A stretch of DNA of 64,000 nt, from the NCBI GenBank assembly GCA_050942745.1, contig JBMNNX010000004.1, positions 2,004 to 66,003 of the forward strand, given 5' to 3'. The position numbers and the translations under genes were made by a program. Below are positions 60,065 to 64,000 of this stretch, piece by piece. Position 1 is the first letter of the stretch, and each line of letters begins with the position of its first letter. Under the pieces are notes generated by a model. The model was not told the DNA's origin, made no database searches, and saw only the letters and a list, made by a program, of their open reading frames with translations. The DNA comes from Myxococcales bacterium. GTDB lineage: Bacteria > Myxococcota > Myxococcia > Myxococcales > UBA5297.

Positions 60065-60976
60065 CTACTCCGGCTCGATGCGCAGCTCGCCGGTCCTCGC
60101 CACTCGATACCCGGGAATCCCCGCGAGCGCCTCGCGCAGCGGCGCGCTCTGCGCCACCTCGCACAGCCGCACGATGTGCGGGTCCCCGAGCCTGGAGGCG
60201 GGCACGAGCAGCTCGTAGGTCTCGTACCCGAGGCTGAAGAACTCGAGCCCGAATCGCTCGGCCCAGGTGCGCGGGGCGAGGCCGAGGTCCGCCTCTCCGC
60301 GCACGATCGCGGCGGCGACCTCGAGGTTCGACGCGAGGAGCGCGGCCGTCCCGAGCGCGGCGCGCTCGAGCCCCGCGCTGCGGAGCGCGGCGTCGAGCAC
60401 TTCGTGCAGACCCGACGTGGGCGGCCGCCCGGCGACGCGCAAACCGGGCGCCTCCTCGATCCGCGACAGCCGCAGCCCGCTCCGAAGCAGGAACCCGACC
60501 TCGCGCTCGGCGAGGTGAAGCCGCGCCAGCCTCACCCCGAGCCGCGGCGGCGGCGCGCGGCCGTGCCAGCCGGCGACCAGGATGTCGGCCATCGCGACCA
60601 GCTCGATGCCCACAGCGCGGTCTGCCCGCAGGAAGCCGAGCAACGGCTGCCCGCGCTGGCGAAGCTGTTCGATCAGCACCTCGACGACAAGGTCGTCGTC
60701 GCCCGCGAGCACGGGCAAGGGCTCGGTGGTCCCCGTCCAGCTCGCCTGCGCCGGAGGCGCGACCGTGGGCGCGGCGCCCGCGCGCCCGTCCGAGCCCTCG
60801 GCCCAGCGCAGCACCTCCTCGCGCGAGAAGAGCCACTTGCCGCCCGCCCGGCGCGCGGGCATCCCGCGGCGCAGCAGCCGATAGATGTGCTTGGGATGGA
60901 CGCGCAGCAGCTCGGCCACCTCGGTCGAGGTGAGCAAGCGGTCGGTCGCTCCGGCCTTACGCGGCGGACTTCGCAT
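60065..60976 (-). CDS. Excisionase/MerR-type HTH DNA-binding protein fused to a periplasmic-binding-protein-like domain
   Basis: ORF 60065..61042 trimmed to M23. HTH LLTSTEVAELLRVHPKHIYRLLRRGMPARRAGGKWLFSREEVLRW. C-terminal PBP-like fold (GFLRADRAVGIELV...DLGLAPRTWAERFGLEFFSLGYETYELLV). Confidence 0.75.
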   Translation of the reverse strand: MRSPPRKAGATDRLLTSTEVAELLRVHPKHIYRLLRRGMPARRAGGKWLFSREEVLRWAEGSDGRAGAAPTVAPPAQASWTGTTEPLPVLAGDDDLVVEVLIEQLRQRGQPLLGFLRADRAVGIELVAMADILVAGWHGRAPPPRLGVRLARLHLAEREVGFLLRSGLRLSRIEEAPGLRVAGRPPTSGLHEVLDAALRSAGLERAALGTAALLASNLEVAAAIVRGEADLGLAPRTWAERFGLEFFSLGYETYELLVPASRLGDPHIVRLCEVAQSAPLREALAGIPGYRVARTGELRIEPE

Positions 60977-61796
60977 CGCGCACCTCGCTCGGCTCGACCT
61001 TCGCCTCGAAGCTCTCGGCCCAGCGCCCGGGCTCGTCGGCAACGCCGCTCTCCTTGCTCCGCAGCACGAGCGCGCACCCTTCGTACTCGAAGCGCAGGGT
61101 CAGCGGACCTTCCCCGAGGCGAAGCCGCAGACGGCCGTTGGAGAAGGAGGCGCCCATCAGGCCGATGAGCGCGTCGGCGCTGCCGTCGCAGCGGTTACTC
61201 GTCGCCGACAGCGCCGGGGCGCGGGCGTCGACGCCGAAGTAGCGCACCGCCTGGAAGACCGCGGCGAGCCCGAGCCGGGCCTCGGGCGTGCGCGCGGCGT
61301 CGCCGAGGTGGTTCTCGAGCCCGCGCTCGAGCAGCGAGGCGAGGATGTCCGGCTCGAGCGCCGTGACCCGCGCCCGCCGCTCGCGGGTCGCGCAGAAGAT
61401 GCTGTCCCACCCCGGGCTGTAGGACTTGAGATCGACTATCGGCGTGCCGTCGAGCATGTCGAGGTGGTCGACGTACAGGCGCAGCCCCTCGCGGCGCAGC
61501 AGGGGCACCACGGTCACCGCCAGCGGGTTGGGGCGCGCCGGCGAGCGGGTGCCGAAGACTCCGCGCGGCGGGGCCTCGGGATCGATGCGCTTGGGGCGGG
61601 CGGAGAGCCGGGTGCGGTCGGCCTGGTGGAACATGGCGACCACGATGAGGTGCGAGGTCAGCTCGATGTCCTGCAGCCCCTCGGCGAATGGCTCGAAGAT
61701 CTCGATCTGCGCCTCGCCGCCGCCCGCGGGGATCTCATCGCAGGCGCGGTGGGGCGAGCGCACCACGCCGATCGGGACGATCTCGAAGGCGGTCAT
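60957..61796 (-). CDS. TsaA/TrmO (YaeB)-like domain protein with a ~140-aa C-terminal extension
   Basis: 3' part of ORF 60957..63011. MTAFEIVPIGVVRSPH...FEPFAEGLQDIELTSHLIVV...GVFGTRSPARPNPLAVTVV...LDGTPIVDLKSYSPGWD. The ATG at 61796 overlaps the receptor TGA (ATGA). Confidence 0.8.
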   Translation of the reverse strand: MTAFEIVPIGVVRSPHRACDEIPAGGGEAQIEIFEPFAEGLQDIELTSHLIVVAMFHQADRTRLSARPKRIDPEAPPRGVFGTRSPARPNPLAVTVVPLLRREGLRLYVDHLDMLDGTPIVDLKSYSPGWDSIFCATRERRARVTALEPDILASLLERGLENHLGDAARTPEARLGLAAVFQAVRYFGVDARAPALSATSNRCDGSADALIGLMGASFSNGRLRLRLGEGPLTLRFEYEGCALVLRSKESGVADEPGRWAESFEAKVEPSEVRDAKSAA

Positions 61797-63793
61797 CCTT
61801 CCTCCCCAGGCCAGCCGGCCTCGAGCCCGAGCCAGATCTGCCGGCCGGGGTCGGGGTAGCCGAACTCGGTCTGGTAGCTGGCGTCGAGCAGGTTGGTGGC
61901 GCGGGCGAGCAGCGTCGCGAAGGGCAGGGCCCGCACCTTCAGTTGCGCGTCCCAGACCGCGTAGGCGCCCAAGCGCCCCCAGGCGCCGGTGTTCGGGTTG
62001 CGGAAGCTCTGCGGGCCGACGACGCGCACGAACGAGGAGATCTCGACCCGCGAGTGCGGCAGCGCGATGACGCCGGCGGTCAGCTTGTGCGCCGGCCGGT
62101 ACTCGAGGTGGTCCTCGTCGGCGTCGAGCCGGCGCGCGTGTAGGAAGGCGTAGCTCGCGTCGAGGCGGAGGTGGGGCAGGGGCCGCAGCCGCGCCGACAG
62201 CTCCGCGCCGGCGAGCCGCGCCCGCCCCACGTTCTCGATGCGCGTCATCCCGCCGCCGACCGCCACCTGCTCGATGAGGTCCTCGACCTCGGCGTCGAAG
62301 AGGCTCGCCTCGAGCGACAGCCAGTCGGCGGCGCGCCAGGCGATCTCGGCGTCGAAGTGCCAGGCCGCCTCGGGCTGCAGGTCGGGGTTGAGGAGCTGAT
62401 ACCCGTTGGCGCGAGAGAAGCGCTCGCGCAGCGTGGGGAAGCGGTGGCGGCGCGCCGCGGTGGCCCCGAGGCCCAGCGCCTCCGTCAGCTCGAGGTGCAG
62501 CGAGGCGAGCGGCCCGACTCCGACGGCCGGGCGCGAGTCCTCGCCGGGCAGATCGACCGGCAGCTCGGCTTCGACCTGGCAGGCCAAGGTCGCCGTTAGC
62601 GGCGCCGCCAGCCGCGCGCTCGCCTCGGGCGCGGCCATCAGCAGCACCCGCTGGTAGGCCGTCTCCTCCTCGTCGGTGTGGCGGTCGTATTCGGCGCCCG
62701 CCCAGGCGCTCAGGTGCGTGCGGCCCCACGGCGCGTCGAGCGAGAGCCGCGGCCGGGTGCGCAGGCCAAAGGCGCGGTCGTGGTACCAGGAGTGGAAGGC
62801 GCTCGGCGAGAGCTGGGTCGAGAAGCTCGCGTCGTCGTAGGCGTCCACGAGGTTGTCGTACAGCCGCGCGTAGGCCGTCGTCTCCACCTGCGCCGCGCCG
62901 CTGAAGCGGTGGCTCGCCTGGAGCATCAGCCCGCGCCAGGTGGTGAAGCGCCAGAAGCGCGCCGGCCGCGCCTCGGTGCTCGGCGGGATGCCGCGCGAGG
63001 AGTCGGTCCACAGCGCCGAGGCGCTCGCCTCATGGGCGCCCTCGGGCGCGTAGCGGACGGTGGCGCCGAGGTGGTAGCCGCGCCGGTCGCTGCCGACGCG
63101 CAGCCCCTCGCCCTGGAGCGCGGTCGGCGCGAAGCCCGAGGGGAGCGCGAAGCCCTCGCTGTGCTCGCCGCCGGCGAAGAGCGAGTAGCCGAGCGCGCCG
63201 CTCTGCGCCGAGTGGCTCAGCTCGGCGCGCCCGTGCAGCGGCAGGCTGCCTTCGAGCCGGGCCTCGATCGCGGGTCCTTGGCCTGGGCGGCGCGAGACGA
63301 CCGAGATGGCGCCGCCCAGGCCCGAGGGGCCAGCGGCGACCCCCGGCGAGCGCGCCAGGGTCACCCGGGCGATCATCGCCGCGGGAAGCCGCGAGAGGTC
63401 GAGCTGGCCGTCGTAGGGCACGAAGAGCGGCGCGCCGTCGATGAGCACCGCGGTCTGGCGCTGGTCGAAGCCGCGCAGGGTGACGATGCGCTCGCCCCGG
63501 GCGCCGGTGGAGGCGTTGAGCGAGGCCTCGAGCTCAAGCACGCGGGCGAGGTCGGCCCCACCGCGCGCTTCGATGTCGGCGCGGCGGATCTGGCGCACGC
63601 TGGTGCCGCCGGATCCGTAGGGGTCGGAGGTGACCACGGTCTCGTAGGTGGGGGCGGCCTCGGCCGGCGCGCTGGCCTTGGTCGGCGCGTCGGCCTGCGG
63701 CTCGGCGGCCCCGTCGCCGGCGCGCGCGCCCGCGGGGAGCGCTGCGACGGCCGCGACGAGCAGCGCCGCGAGGGGGCGAGTGCGCGGGCTCAT
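61793..63793 (-). CDS. TonB-dependent outer-membrane receptor
   Basis: 666 aa. Signal peptide. Plug domain (ETVVTS...IVTLRGFDQRQTAVLIDGAPL). Beta-barrel ending in an aromatic-rich C-terminus. Confidence 0.9.
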   Translation of the reverse strand: MSPRTRPLAALLVAAVAALPAGARAGDGAAEPQADAPTKASAPAEAAPTYETVVTSDPYGSGGTSVRQIRRADIEARGGADLARVLELEASLNASTGARGERIVTLRGFDQRQTAVLIDGAPLFVPYDGQLDLSRLPAAMIARVTLARSPGVAAGPSGLGGAISVVSRRPGQGPAIEARLEGSLPLHGRAELSHSAQSGALGYSLFAGGEHSEGFALPSGFAPTALQGEGLRVGSDRRGYHLGATVRYAPEGAHEASASALWTDSSRGIPPSTEARPARFWRFTTWRGLMLQASHRFSGAAQVETTAYARLYDNLVDAYDDASFSTQLSPSAFHSWYHDRAFGLRTRPRLSLDAPWGRTHLSAWAGAEYDRHTDEEETAYQRVLLMAAPEASARLAAPLTATLACQVEAELPVDLPGEDSRPAVGVGPLASLHLELTEALGLGATAARRHRFPTLRERFSRANGYQLLNPDLQPEAAWHFDAEIAWRAADWLSLEASLFDAEVEDLIEQVAVGGGMTRIENVGRARLAGAELSARLRPLPHLRLDASYAFLHARRLDADEDHLEYRPAHKLTAGVIALPHSRVEISSFVRVVGPQSFRNPNTGAWGRLGAYAVWDAQLKVRALPFATLLARATNLLDASYQTEFGYPDPGRQIWLGLEAGWPGEEG

Positions 63794-64000
63794 TCGCTGA
63801 GGATGATCTCCGCGGTGTCGTTGATGTGCAGGCAGCCGGGGTACTGCAGCGACTCGTCCCAGATCAGGTGGCGGCTCTGGGGGTCGATGTAGCCCTGGGC
63901 GAGCTTGTCGCCGGGGACGGGGATGAATCCGTCGCAGGTGGACTTCGAGCCGGGCTTGAACCCGTCGGCGGCGGTGAAGTCGGCCTTCAGACCGGCGACC
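63790..64000 (-). CDS. 3' end of a hypothetical protein (start outside window)
   Basis: Manual reverse translation gives ...VAGLKADFTAADGFKPGSKSTCDGFIPVPGDKLAQGYIDPQSRHLIWDESLQYPGCLHINDTAEIILSE. Its TGA overlaps the receptor ATG (ATGA at 63790-63793). Confidence 0.55.
   Translation of the reverse strand, partial: VAGLKADFTAADGFKPGSKSTCDGFIPVPGDKLAQGYIDPQSRHLIWDESLQYPGCLHINDTAEIILSE

Noticed and set aside
60885-63892. Plus-strand ORFs 60885..61859, 61426..62070 and 62678..63892
   Set aside because: They are antisense to the TsaA-like and TonB-receptor genes and have junk-like composition.

Overview
High-GC (roughly 70% by eye, not computed) bacterial chromosomal window. Gene content and repeat style look like Myxococcota, which is an inference. 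I support about 45 genes. Left to right: a GHKL/Hsp90-like ATPase pair (-); a pncB-nadE NAD salvage operon (+); a repeat-rich convergent gap; an RND efflux pair (-) preceded by a periodic array of AT-rich palindromes; a cysteine-rich repeat lipoprotein (-). Next is a same-strand cluster at 16.0-22.9 kb: NrtR-like Nudix regulator, PP2C phosphatase, YegI-like kinase, nicotinamidase-like hydrolase, vWA protein and ADP-ribosylglycohydrolase. This is a TerY-P-like triad interleaved with NAD/ADP-ribose enzymes. Then a Wsp-like chemosensory operon ending in a GAF histidine kinase (26.0-35.1 kb); MFS, TspO, methyltransferase and a Cys-rich four-helix protein; a type IV minor-pilin set (pilW, pilX, a 1949-aa pilY1-like gene); an esterase lipoprotein; a MYG1-like protein; a double-cyclase/ATPase/TPR gene; a PAS kinase; an MgtC-like protein; an Rpn-type remnant; and a TonB-receptor/TsaA-like/HTH-PBP operon. 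No rRNA, tRNA or CRISPR array was found. Main points: matching GT-N7-AC 21-bp palindromes upstream of pncB and nrtR; six apparent frameshifts confined to four genes; several families of intergenic repeats. Most long ORFs in the track are antisense shadows of real genes. All family assignments come from motif recognition by eye, not from searches.
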